Assembly: GCA_963714275.1 (NCBI GenBank)
Contig: CAVQNT010000002.1
Span: forward strand, 1-64,000
Source of the DNA: Candidatus Bathyarchaeota archaeon
GTDB taxonomy: Archaea > Thermoproteota > Bathyarchaeia > Bathyarchaeales > DTEX01
Direction: 5' to 3'
DNA length: 64,000 bases
A program made the position numbers and the translations under genes. Within the stretch, counting starts at the first letter, position 1, and every line of letters begins with the position of its first letter. Positions 39,521-49,530 of this stretch are shown here, piece by piece. The notes under the pieces were generated by a model. The model saw only the letters and a list, made by a program, of their open reading frames with translations, ran no database searches and was not told the DNA's origin.

Positions 39521-40078
39521 GTGCATGAATCGGTAATCATGTCTGGGTTTGGGGGACAAGGCATCCTGCTCATGGGGCAGCTCCTTTGTTACGCCGGGAT
39601 GCATGAGGGGTTAAAGGTCACCTGGATGCCCTCTTATGGACCGGAGATGCGGGGAGGGACGGCCAATTGCACAGTGATGCTTTCATCTTCCCGAGTCGGC
39701 TCCCCGGTTACCCAACATCCTTCGTCGTTGGTGGCTATGAATAAAGCTTCCCTGCAGAAATTCGAGACCACCATTCAAGCCGGAGGATTCTTGGTGATCA
39801 ATTCTTCCCTTGTAGATCGGGATTCCCGGCGCAGCGACCTTACGGTCGTCAGGGTCCCGGCGAACAAGATTGCCGAAGAGGCCGGCACGCTGCAGGTGAC
39901 CAACATGGCAGCACTGGGGGCTTATGTGGGGGGGAAAGGAGTTGTCTCCCTGGAGTCGGTCCTGGTCGCTCTGCGCCGGATGATCCCGGAGCACCGAAAA
40001 GAATTACTCGCGGTCAATGAAGAAGCGCTGAAAAGAGGGGCTGCCGTTGCCGCAGCGCAACCAACAAAAGCGCGCTGA
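39521..40078 (+). CDS. 2-oxoacid:ferredoxin oxidoreductase gamma subunit
   Basis: GFGGQG, PSYGPEMRGGTAN. Confidence 0.9.
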   Translation: MHESVIMSGFGGQGILLMGQLLCYAGMHEGLKVTWMPSYGPEMRGGTANCTVMLSSSRVGSPVTQHPSSLVAMNKASLQKFETTIQAGGFLVINSSLVDRDSRRSDLTVVRVPANKIAEEAGTLQVTNMAALGAYVGGKGVVSLESVLVALRRMIPEHRKELLAVNEEALKRGAAVAAAQPTKAR

Positions 40079-40154
40079 TTTTTTTTACATCCTGCTCGAT
40101 TCCTCCTCGCTCCATCCTCCTCCCCTCATGGGAGAGCGGGAGAGGCAAGGGGGT

Positions 40155-40373
40155 ATGGAAAATAGAAGAATGGGAAAGATCGTCATCGACAAGGAACGGT
40201 GTAAGGGGTGCCAGCTTTGCATTTCCACTTGCCCGAAAAAATTGATCTTGCTTTCTGAGAACTTCAACGAGAAGGGTTACCACTTTGTCGTCTTCGATGG
40301 TTTGGAGGAATGCACGGGCTGCACGATGTGCGGGCGAATCTGCCCGGATATGGCCATTGAAGTGTTTAAATAA
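40155..40373 (+). CDS. 2x[4Fe-4S] ferredoxin (delta subunit)
   Basis: CKGCQLC...CP and CTGCTMC...CPD. Confidence 0.9.
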   Translation: MENRRMGKIVIDKERCKGCQLCISTCPKKLILLSENFNEKGYHFVVFDGLEECTGCTMCGRICPDMAIEVFK

Positions 40374-40374
40374 A

Positions 40375-40527
40375 AGCAGAATACAGAATTCAGAAGGCGG
40401 GAATAACCGCAAGTCGCGAAAGCGCAAGGCGCAAGAAGGTATAAACAGGGCTGTTCAGTCTCTATCCTTTACGCGCCTACGTCTTATGTCTTACGGTTTT
40501 TCTTCTGGCTCCTGATTCCTGAATTCT
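40375..40527. repeat. Two family B palindromes, one nested in the other
   Basis: Outer AGCAGAATACAGAATTCAGAAG ... CTTCTGGCTCCTGATTCCTGAATTCT; inner AACCGCAAG..CGCAAGGCGCAAG ... TACGCGCCTACGTCTTATGTCTTACGGTT. Confidence 0.75.
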
Positions 40528-40548
40528 TTTTTTGAGGAGGTCAATATT

Positions 40549-41836
40549 ATGAATTTCCCGCGGGTCTATCGCATTCGGCAATCTTTTGACCGCACCGCGG
40601 TCAGAGACATCCCGGGAACAGTTAAGGCTGAGTTGAAAAGACTTTCCCTGGAAAAACGCATTCAAGCCGGCCAACGGGTGGCCCTCACGGCCGGGAGCCG
40701 CGGGGTGGCGAACATTGCCGTGATCTTGAAGGCCGCCGTGGAATATCTCAAATCCATAGGAGCTAAGCCCTTCATCTTCCCGGCCATGGGCAGCCATGGA
40801 GGGGCAACAGCGGAAGGACAGGCCGCCCTGATCGCGCACTATAACGTGACCGAAGCGTTCACCGGAGCCCCTATCCTTTCTTCCATGGAAGTGGTGGAGA
40901 TTGGGAAGACAGAAGACGGTGTCCCGGTCTTCATCGATAAGAATGCTTCCCAGGCGGACTGGATCATCGTGGTCAACCGCATCAAGCCCCATACGAAATT
41001 CAAAGCTCCGATCGAGAGCGGGCTGATGAAGATGATGGCCATCGGCATGGGAAAACAGAAAGGGGCAGAGTATTACCACAAGGCCGCCATCCAGTATACT
41101 TTTCCTAAGATCATCGTCGACTCGGGCCGGGAGGTTTTAAGAAGAGCGCCCATTTTATGCGGCCTGGGTGCGGTAGAAAATGGCTATGACGAAACAGCCA
41201 AGATCGTGGCTATGAAACCTGAAGAATTAGAGATAAAGGAAAAGGAGCTCCTGGTGCTGGCCAAACAGATGATGCCCAGGCTCCCCTTCAATGAGATCGA
41301 TCTCCTAATCGTAGATGAAATGGGAAAAGACATCAGCGGCACGGGAATCGACCCGAATGTTACGGGGCGGAACCGGGATCTGCTGGGTGTCTTCCCCCAT
41401 CCGACAAACGTGAAAAGACTCTTTGTGCGAGACCTCACAGAGAATTCCAACGGGAATGCCACCGGCATCGGTTTGGCCGATCTTACTACAAAGAGACTGG
41501 TGGATAAGATCAATTATCAGGCCATGTATATGAACTGCATAACCGGCATCAGCATAGAGAAGGCTGCGGTGCCCATGCATTTTGAAACCGATCAAGAGGC
41601 TATAAAGGTGGCTTTAGGGTCTGTTGGCCTGATCCCTCCGGAGAGGAGCAAAGATCGTGCGGATCAAGAATACTTTACTGGTCGACGAAGTGGAAGTCTC
41701 CGAAGGGTACGGAGAGGAGCTGAAAAAGAGGTCGGACCTGGAAATTTTAGACGGCCCCAAGCCCATGTCCTTCGATGCCCGGGGAAACCTGGCTTCCCTC
41801 ATCGTTCATGGTGGCGCCCGCAAAGGAGATATCTAA
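40549..41836 (+). CDS. LarA-like/DUF2088 (lactate racemase domain) protein, frameshift near 41650
   Basis: GSRG, PAMGSHGGATAEGQ, NRIKPH, GKDISGTG.D.N; a second frame continues KIVRIKNTL...GDI* to 41836. Confidence 0.75.
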
Positions 41837-41839
41837 AAG

Positions 41840-42931
41840 ATGATCGATATCTTCCTGGGACCCAAACAGTATATCCAGCGAGAAGGGATTTTAGGGGAGG
41901 CCGGAAATTACTCGAAGGTTTTCGGCAAACGCCCTTTAGTTTTGGGCGATGAGTTGGTTTTATCTATCGTCCGCCCGACCTTAGAAGACCGGTTGGGCAT
42001 TGCCGGCCTTTCTCCCTCCTTCGTTCTTTTTGGGGATGAGTGCAGCCTGAGTGAGATTTCCCGATTGGTGGAAATCGTGCGCCAGAAGAATCTCGATTTC
42101 ATCGTGGGTACAGGAGGGGGTAAGGCAATTGATACCTCCCGGCTGGTTGCCGAAAAAATGAAGCTCCCCTTGGTCACCATTCCCACCAGCGCCGCAACCT
42201 GTTCGGGGGCTTCTGCCGTGGCCGTGGTCTATGAAAAGGGAGTCCGGCAAGCTACCGTAAATGGTAAAGGGGCGGATTTGGTTTTGGTTGATTCCGCGAT
42301 CCTAGCGCAAGCTCCCATCCGTTTGTTGGCCGCCGGCATGGGAGACGCCCTGGCTAAATGGTACGAAGGAAAACCATGTTATGACCAAATGAAGGAACCT
42401 GACTCAGCTACCCAGTCTGCCATGACTTTATCCACCCAGGTGAAAGAAACGATCTTATCGCTGGGGCTGAAAGCCAAGAGAGATGTAGAGGCCAAGAAGA
42501 ATTCCCCTTCATTGGAAAGGATCGTAGAAGCCAACATCCTCCTGACCGGGATCATCGGAGGTTTAGGGGGTTCAAAGTTCCGGGTGGCCATAGCCCATGC
42601 CTTGCTCTATGGGCTGACCGTTCTTCCCCAGGTTCATCAAAACCTACATGGGGAAATGGTAGCCTATGGCATCATCGTACAACTCTGCCTGGAAAGGAAT
42701 GAAAGGGAGCTGAAGGTCATCCTCCCTTTTTTTTCTAAACTGGGGTTGCCTTTAACCCTGAAAGACCTCGGGCTGGCGAATGTGGAGGACCCTCTCTTCT
42801 GGGAAGGGTTGAAGCGCACCTGCGCTCCCGGAAGTTCTGTGCATAATATGCCGTTCCCGGTGGACGAAAAAAAGCTCTACCAGGCCATGCTCGAGGCGGA
42901 TGAGCGGGCAAAGGCATTCATGAAAAAGTAA
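41840..42931 (+). CDS. Glycerol dehydrogenase-like iron-containing alcohol dehydrogenase
   Basis: GGGKAID, PT.AATC, AGMGDALAKWYE, AHA, LHGE.VAYG. Confidence 0.88.
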   Translation: MIDIFLGPKQYIQREGILGEAGNYSKVFGKRPLVLGDELVLSIVRPTLEDRLGIAGLSPSFVLFGDECSLSEISRLVEIVRQKNLDFIVGTGGGKAIDTSRLVAEKMKLPLVTIPTSAATCSGASAVAVVYEKGVRQATVNGKGADLVLVDSAILAQAPIRLLAAGMGDALAKWYEGKPCYDQMKEPDSATQSAMTLSTQVKETILSLGLKAKRDVEAKKNSPSLERIVEANILLTGIIGGLGGSKFRVAIAHALLYGLTVLPQVHQNLHGEMVAYGIIVQLCLERNERELKVILPFFSKLGLPLTLKDLGLANVEDPLFWEGLKRTCAPGSSVHNMPFPVDEKKLYQAMLEADERAKAFMKK

Positions 42932-43045
42932 GGGGGATTAGGAACAGAAGGAAGATTTTCGAGTCCAGGCAGATGCGGGCAGGCTGAGGATGGTAACTAT
43001 TTTTGGAGGCTAGGAAAGACGCCTCAAAAAGAGAAAGAAAGAAAA

Positions 43046-43582
43046 ATGAAGCGTTATGAGATCCGCATCGCCGGATTCGGCGGGCAGGGGGTGGTGACCA
43101 TCGGCAAAATCGTGGGGTTGGCCGCTGCCCTTTATGATAAGAAGAATGCCGTGCAGACCCAATCCTACGGGCCAGAGTCCCGAGGAGGGGCCTGCAAGGC
43201 GGAGGTCGTTCTTTCCGACGGGGAGATCCACTACCCGAAAGTGCGCTCGGCGGACGTGCTGTTGGCTCTATCGCAGACCGCCCAGGATGTTTACCTTAAA
43301 GACCTGCGGCCGGGAGGTCTTCTGATCATCGACCCGCTGACGGTGGTCAAGGAGGCTCCCCGTTCAGACATCCGGGTAGTAAAAGTTCCCACCGCAGAGA
43401 TCGCCTTGCAGGTCGGAAATAAAAAATTCCAGAATATGGTGGCCCTCGGGGTCCTCTACCAGCTGACCAAGGTCATCTCCCGGGAGTCCCTGGAGAAGGC
43501 CATCGAAGAGACTATCCCCCACAAGACTCTCTCGCAAAACATCGAAGCTTTCCAGAAAGGGATTGAATATGTCCGGGAATGA
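43046..43582 (+). CDS. 2-oxoglutarate-type (Kor) oxidoreductase gamma subunit
   Basis: GFGGQG, QSYGPESRGG. Confidence 0.88.
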   Translation: MKRYEIRIAGFGGQGVVTIGKIVGLAAALYDKKNAVQTQSYGPESRGGACKAEVVLSDGEIHYPKVRSADVLLALSQTAQDVYLKDLRPGGLLIIDPLTVVKEAPRSDIRVVKVPTAEIALQVGNKKFQNMVALGVLYQLTKVISRESLEKAIEETIPHKTLSQNIEAFQKGIEYVRE

Positions 43583-44796
43583 TCATTCGGCCTTTGAGCC
43601 TTTGCTCACCGAAGAGGAAGCCAAGAAAGTAGTTCGTGGAGCGCTTCCCCCCGGGGATTATTATCTGTTCGGGAGCGACGCCTGCGTGGAAGGAGCGATC
43701 TTTGCCGGTTGCCGTTATTATGCCGGCTATCCGATCACCCCGGCCTCAGAAGTGATGGAGAAGGCGGCCGAGCGTTTGCCGCAGGTTGGGGGACGATTCA
43801 TCCAGATGGAGGATGAAATCGCCTCGGCTTGCTCCCTCATCGGAGCATCATGGGCCGGAGTCAAGGCCATGACGGCGACTTCGGGGCCGGGCTTTTCGTT
43901 GATGATGGAAGCCGTATCTTACGCCATCATGTCCGAAACCCCTTTGGTCATTGTCAATGTCCAGCGGCCGGGGCCTGGCCAAGGGTATATTACCTCTTCC
44001 CAGGAAGATGTCATGCAGGCTAAATGGGGCCACCACGGCGGTGGAAGCCTGATCGCTCTGGCACCCTCCTCGGTGCAAGAAATGTTCGATTTTACCGTCG
44101 AGGCTTTTAATTACGCGGAGAAATGGCGGGTACCGGTTATCCTTTTGGCCGATGAAACCGTGGCCCATATGCGGGAGAGGTTAACGGTCCGGTCAAAGGA
44201 AGAAATTAAGATTATTGACCGGGTAAGGCCTCAGGATTTGGCGATTCCTTACGAAAAATATCTTCCCTATGAAGGATACGAAGGAGATGTGCCGCCCATG
44301 CCCGCCTGGGGAGATGGCTACCGGGTAAACGTTGTAGGCTTGGTGCATCACCCGGATGGGAACGTCACCAAGTATAGCCCGGAGATGCATTTCGCTTGCG
44401 TGGAATCGAATCTTCCGGAAAATTGAAAACCATGCGGATGAGATCGCCCAGGTAGAAGGGTCATTCTTGGAGGGGTGCCGAAACCTGGTGGTGGCCTACG
44501 GGACCACAGCCCGTTCGGCTTCCGAGGCCGTCGAAGAGCTCAGGGCCAAAGGCCGGACAGACCTGGGCTTTCTCCGCCTGAAAACCCTCTGGCCTTTTCC
44601 GGAGAATAAGATCCGTTCCCTGGTTGGACAATTAAAAAATGTCTTCTTCCCGGAGATGAACCTGGGATTCATGCTCCATCCCTTGAAAGAGGCTTTACGA
44701 GACCGGGTTCAGCAATTTATCCCCGTTCCCTGCCTGGGACAATTGCATGCCCCCGATCAGATCATCGGAAAGATTGAAGAGGTCCTTGGAAAATGA
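43569..44796 (+). CDS. Kor-type oxidoreductase alpha subunit, frameshift near 44400
   Basis: GYPITPASE, QMEDEIAS, TATSGPGFSLM; the C-terminus LWPFP, EMN.G lies in ORF 44356-44796. Confidence 0.85.
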
Positions 44797-44870
44797 GTCC
44801 ATAGTCCATGGTCGGCAGTCTACGGTCTTGGATTGAGGTAAAGTGGGTTGTGGACTATCCACTGTGGATT
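44796..44870. repeat. Heptamer-periodic palindromic repeat (family B)
   Basis: AGTCCAT AGTCCAT GGTCGGC AGTCTAC ... GTGGACT ATCCACT GTGGATT. Confidence 0.75.
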
Positions 44871-44916
44871 CTTTTATCTTTACACTCTGCGTGATCCTTG
44901 GGTCGAAAGGATAGAA

Positions 44917-45741
44917 ATGAAACACCCCATGTTGCAATACCTGAAGGAGACCGGTATGTACGGAGACCGGTTTCCTACCATCTTTTGTCCAGGATGCGGC
45001 ATCGGCCAGGTACTGAACTACACCCTGGAAGCAGTGGATCACCTCGTGCAGAAAGACGGCATATCCCGCGAGCGCTTTTTCTTTGCCTCCGGGGTGGGAT
45101 GCTCGGCCCGTTTGACGTCCCATTACATGGGCTTCGATTCCATCTGGTCGCTCCACGGCAGGGCGCCGGCGGTGGCTACGGGCGCGCTTCTGGCCCGCCC
45201 AGAGTTGAAAGCCATCGTCTTCACCGGGGATGGAGATGTAGCGGCCATCGGCGGGAACCACTTTATCCATGTCTGCCGCCGTAACTTGGACATGACCCTG
45301 ATATGTATGAACAACGGCCTCTACGGGATGACGGGGGGGCAATCGGCCCCAACGACTGCCCGCGGAATCCCATCGACTACTTCCCCTTACGGGAACGTGG
45401 AGAATGCTTTTGATCTTTGCGAACTGGCCATTACCGCTGGCGCAAGTTACGTGGCCCGCTGGACCACGGTGCATCCCCAGCAATGTATTCAGGCCATCGA
45501 AAAGGGAATCCGCAAGAAGGGCCTGGCTTTCATCGAGATCATGACTCAATGCCCCACTCATTGGAAACAGGAACCTTCAAAGATGATGAAAAAATTTCGT
45601 TCCCAGGCGGTGCGTTTTTCGCCAGAAAAAGGAAAGGAAACTTTGAAGAAAGATCAATTCTGGGTGGGAGAGTTCATGGATAAAGACCAGCCGGAATGGC
45701 TGGAAACCTACCAGAAGATCATCGACCGGTTTCAAAAATAA
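44917..45741 (+). CDS. Kor-type oxidoreductase beta subunit
   Basis: CPGCG, SG.GC, LHGRA, GDGD..AIGGNH, YGMTGGQ..PT. Confidence 0.9.
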   Translation: MKHPMLQYLKETGMYGDRFPTIFCPGCGIGQVLNYTLEAVDHLVQKDGISRERFFFASGVGCSARLTSHYMGFDSIWSLHGRAPAVATGALLARPELKAIVFTGDGDVAAIGGNHFIHVCRRNLDMTLICMNNGLYGMTGGQSAPTTARGIPSTTSPYGNVENAFDLCELAITAGASYVARWTTVHPQQCIQAIEKGIRKKGLAFIEIMTQCPTHWKQEPSKMMKKFRSQAVRFSPEKGKETLKKDQFWVGEFMDKDQPEWLETYQKIIDRFQK

Positions 45742-45748
45742 AAGAATT

Positions 45749-45875
45749 GCCACAGAGGTCACAGAGGACACTGAGGCGAAAGGAATGTAATTCAAACGAT
45801 AAATGTCAAAACCCAAATTGAGGGTTTTGACTATTGATTTTATGAATTCTCTGTGCTCTCGGTGCCCTCTGTGGC
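45749..45875. repeat. Family A palindromic repeat
   Basis: GCCACAGAGGTCACAGAGGACACTGAG ... CTCTGTGCTCTCGGTGCCCTCTGTGGC. Confidence 0.85.
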
Positions 45876-45904
45876 TAAAAAAAAATTGGGGATTGAAAGA
45901 AACC

Positions 45905-46108
45905 ATGCCCAAATTGTTCATAGAAGACAGATATTGCAAAGGTTGCGGAATCTGCATAGAGTTTTGTCCGGCGAAAGTTCTGAAGACTTCAAAAAAGATG
46001 AATGCCCGGGGCTATTTTCCGCCGGAAAGCAAGGAGATGGAAAAGTGCAAGAAGTGCGGCATGTGCTCGCTTCTTTGCCCGGACTTTGCTATCGTCGTTT
46101 CCGATTAA
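45905..46108 (+). CDS. 2x[4Fe-4S] ferredoxin (delta subunit)
   Basis: CKGCGIC...CP and CKKCGMC...CPDFAI. Confidence 0.9.
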   Translation: MPKLFIEDRYCKGCGICIEFCPAKVLKTSKKMNARGYFPPESKEMEKCKKCGMCSLLCPDFAIVVSD

Positions 46109-46259
46109 TTGAATTCCCGTCCCCCCTTTTATCAAATGATCTCAAGAAGATTTCTCTTGACAGGGCATTCTTAAATGATAAAAAAGGAATACCCTTCATG
46201 CGAATTTTGGCATCGGCTGCCTCAAAATATGGGTTTACCCAAACTCGATAAACAATAGT

Positions 46260-46416
46260 TAGTGCCCATCCGGAAACCCAGTTTTCCCCTCCCCCTCGAC
46301 GGGGGAGGGAAGGGTGGAGGTGATAATGGTTAAGAATTTTAAAGTCTTCCGTTTTGATCCCCCCTCACCCCGCCCCTCTCCCTCCAGGGGGGAGGGAGTT
46401 TCCGGATGAAAACCAG
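46260..46416. mobile_element. MITE-2 (CATCCGGAAAC shell) carrying a family C REP pair
   Basis: TIRs CATCCGGAAAC (46267-77) / GTTTCCGGATG (46398-408); internal CCCCTCCCCCTCGACGGGGGAGGG and CCCCTCACCCCGCCCCTCTCCC..GGGGGAGGG. Confidence 0.75.
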
Positions 46417-46441
46417 TTAGCGATTACGAGGAAAAGCGGGA

Positions 46442-46903
46442 ATGAAAAGAGCCTGGCAAATTATGTGCATGGCCTTTGTGGCCTTGTCAGTTTTTACACT
46501 GGTATTATCTTTTGAGTACCCCTATAAGGACAGACTGGGCCCTGGACCTGCCTTCTTTCCCGTATGGATGAGCATCATAACCGGGGTATTGTCCCTGGCC
46601 TTGTTTTTCCAGACAACTTGGGGAAAGAGTGTGGCAGATGCTGCGGCTACTCTCTTACCCGAGCGCCAAGGGGTGTGGCGGATCATGATCATTCTGGTCG
46701 CATTATTAGGATGTCTGGCTCTCCTCGATCCTCTGGGCTTCCGTATCAGCCTTTTCCTGTTCCTCCTTTTCCTCCCGCTGGGCCTCGGGGTGGGCAATTG
46801 GTGGGTTACCCTGATATTCGCCGTAGCCGGCAGCTTCGGGATTTTTCATGTCTTCTACTATTGGCTAAAAGTACCTTTGCCCATGGGGATGTTCGGTATT
46901 TAA
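46442..46903 (+). CDS. tctB: Tripartite tricarboxylate transporter TctB
   Basis: GPGPAFFP, LGF, F...L.VPLP.G. Confidence 0.88.
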   Translation: MKRAWQIMCMAFVALSVFTLVLSFEYPYKDRLGPGPAFFPVWMSIITGVLSLALFFQTTWGKSVADAAATLLPERQGVWRIMIILVALLGCLALLDPLGFRISLFLFLLFLPLGLGVGNWWVTLIFAVAGSFGIFHVFYYWLKVPLPMGMFGI

Positions 46904-46912
46904 GGAGGGAAT

Positions 46913-48399
46913 TTGGACGCATTCAATACTGGATTCAGGGCTTTGCCGTAGCCACACTCCCAATGAATCTCTTGTATGCCTTCATCGGCTGTGTCCTGGG
47001 CACCCTCATCGGCGTTCTGCCGGGACTGGGTCCCGCAGCGGGGACGGCCATTCTCATTCCCGTCACCTTTAGCCTGGACCCCATCGGGGGGATCATCATG
47101 CTGGCCGCCATTTACTACGGAGCCATGTATGGGGGAACCATCACCTCGGTGCTGGTGAATGTACCAGGAGAGGCAGCCTCGGTCATAACCTGCCTGGACG
47201 GCTACCAGATGGCCAAACAGGGGAGGGCTGGCCCGGCCCTGGGGATCGCAGCGATTGGCTCCTTCATCGGGGGTACCTTCGCTACCTTGGCCCTTATGGT
47301 GGTATCCCTGCCCCTGGCCAACTTTGCGTTGCGTTTCGGCCCCCCTGAGGTATTCTCCCTGCTGGTGGTAGGTCTCTCCCTGGTAACGGGCCTTTCTGGA
47401 CGCTCTTTACTGGCCGCGCTGGTCATGACCCTTTTCGGGCTGATGCTGTCGATGATTGGGATGGACCCGGTACGAGGGGCTCCCCGTTTCACCTTCGGCA
47501 TCCCCCCGCTGTACGATGGCATTGGCTTCATACCTGTAGTCATGGGGCTGTTCGGCATCGGTGAGATTCTGCTGAGCATGGAGGCACCCGTACTGGAGGT
47601 CATCAAGACCAAGCTGACCGATCTCCTGCCCAAGCGGGAGGAATGGAAGGTTTCCACGGGCGCCATCGGCCGGGGGACGATCATAGGGTTCTTTTTAGGG
47701 CTAATCCCGGGCATCGGTGCCATCATACCTACTTTTCTCGCTTACGCTGTGGAGAAGAAAGTATCTAAACACCCGGAGAAATTCGGCACCGGGGTCATCG
47801 AAGGGGTGGCCTCTCCGGAAACGGCCAACAACGCTTATGCCAATGGAGCCATGGTCCCCTTGCTCTCCCTGGGGATACCAGGGTCTCCCACCCTCGCCGT
47901 GCTGATGGGGGCATTCATCATCCACGGTCTTACTCCCGGTCCCTTCCTTTTCAAAGAGCGCCCGGATGTGGTGTGGGGCCTCATTGCCAGCCTTTATTTG
48001 GGGAATGTTATGTTACTTATTCTTAACCTGCCCCTGGTTGGCCTCTGGGCCAAGCTTCTTGAAATCCGGTATCAATATCTCTACCCTGGAATCCTGCTTT
48101 TCTGTATTTTAGGAGCTTATAGCTTAAACCAGAGCGTGTTTGATGTAGGGGTGATGGTAGCCTTCGGGGTTCTGGGCTATATTTTCCGCAAACTGGACTG
48201 GCCCTTGGCTCCGACGGTCCTGGCTCTCATTCTGGGGCCAATGATGGAGAGGGCTTTGCGAACCTCACTGGAAATGTCCGGCGGAGATCTGAGTATCCTC
48301 TTCACCCGGCCCATCTCGGCCGTTCTCCTTATCGCGGCAGCCATTGTCCTGCTCACCCCAGCGGTTCGCCTTTTGGGGCGGCGGGCTGGCAAAGATTAA
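46913..48399 (+). CDS. tctA: Tripartite tricarboxylate transporter TctA (probable indel just after the TTG start)
   Basis: G.LPGLG, YGG, PG, DGY.MA..G.A, PETANN, LGIPGS; AGGAGG precedes TTG 46913. Confidence 0.88.
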
Positions 48400-48406
48400 A
48401 ATGCTG

Positions 48407-48455
48407 AACCACAGAGGACCCAGAGGTAGATAACTTCTCCATGGTCTCTGTGGTT
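48407..48455. repeat. Short family A palindrome
   Basis: AACCACAGAGGACCCAGAG ... CTCCATGGTCTCTGTGGTT. Confidence 0.7.
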
Positions 48456-48480
48456 AAATAAATAAGTAAGGAGGGGCAAA

Positions 48481-49446
48481 ATGAAAGGAAGATTCGTCAT
48501 CAGCTTAATTTTCGCGTTTATGACGGCCATCGTGGGTAGCGCCTATGCCGCAGATTATCCTACGAAGCCGATCACCCTCATGGTTCCTTACCCGGCCGGA
48601 GGCAGCTCCGACGTGGGCGCCCGTATCGTGGCAGCCATCGCCGAGAAGCAAATTGGCCAACCGATCGTGGTGGTCAACAAGGCTGGCGCTGGAGGACAGG
48701 TGGGCTGGACAGAGCTGGCCAGGCAGAAGCCCGATGGTTACTATCTGGGCGGCATCAACCTTCCCCATCTTCTGACTGCTGTGCTGGACCCAGAGCGGAA
48801 AGCTACCTTCAAGGCAGAGGATATCGTTCCGATCATCAGCCAGGCCCTCGACCCCACTACAGTCTCCGTGAGGCCGGACAGCCCCTGGAAGACCCTTAAA
48901 GATTTAATTGACGACGCTAAAAAGAGACCTGGCCAAATCCCTGCCGGCATCGTGGGCTATCTCCAGGATGACGAGATTGGATATTTCCAGTTAGCCGAGG
49001 CAGCGGGTATAGAAATGAGGTTGGTCTACTTTGATGGGGCTGCCCCCGCCATCACTGCTCTCCTTGGAAAACATGTGGATGTCCTCTTCTGCACCGTGGC
49101 AGACAACTTCACCCAGTGGAAGGCAGGAAGAATACGCATGTTGACAATAATGGACAAAGAGAGGACTAAGTTCTACCCCGATTTGCCCACCACGGCGGAG
49201 CTGGGCTATCCCACCGTTATCTCTGCCTCCACTCGAGGCATCGCCGGCCCTAAAGGGATCCCGGATCCCATCCTCAAGAAGCTTTATGATGTGTTCAAAA
49301 ATGCGATGATGACCAAAGAGCACATGGATAGGCTGGAGAATGCTGGCATGCCGGTCAAGATCATGGTAGGCGAGGAGTTCGTCAAATACTATTGGGATAG
49401 CTACAAAGTAGCCAAGAAATGGGTGGATCACGTCCGAAAGAAATAA
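48481..49446 (+). CDS. tctC: Tripartite tricarboxylate transporter substrate-binding protein TctC/Bug
   Basis: YP.KPITL.VPY.AGG..D..AR, N..GAGG..G, PDGY, PDLPT..ELG. Confidence 0.92.
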   Translation: MKGRFVISLIFAFMTAIVGSAYAADYPTKPITLMVPYPAGGSSDVGARIVAAIAEKQIGQPIVVVNKAGAGGQVGWTELARQKPDGYYLGGINLPHLLTAVLDPERKATFKAEDIVPIISQALDPTTVSVRPDSPWKTLKDLIDDAKKRPGQIPAGIVGYLQDDEIGYFQLAEAAGIEMRLVYFDGAAPAITALLGKHVDVLFCTVADNFTQWKAGRIRMLTIMDKERTKFYPDLPTTAELGYPTVISASTRGIAGPKGIPDPILKKLYDVFKNAMMTKEHMDRLENAGMPVKIMVGEEFVKYYWDSYKVAKKWVDHVRKK

Positions 49447-49530
49447 TCAAAGGCGAAAGCGAAGGTAGCAGCCCGGACCATGCGGGAATGGTAAAGAAGA
49501 GGAACGTTCGGGGGGTATTTCATGCGCTAC

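Noticed and set aside
40549-41952. 467-aa ORF overlapping the next gene
   Set aside because: The tail after ~41650 is out-of-frame read-through; the homologous-looking C-terminus ends at 41836.
46564-46912. N-terminal extension or TctB-TctA fusion in the 611-aa ORF
   Set aside because: The extension overlaps tctB in another frame and looks non-coding; an SD and TTG start lie at 46903-46915.
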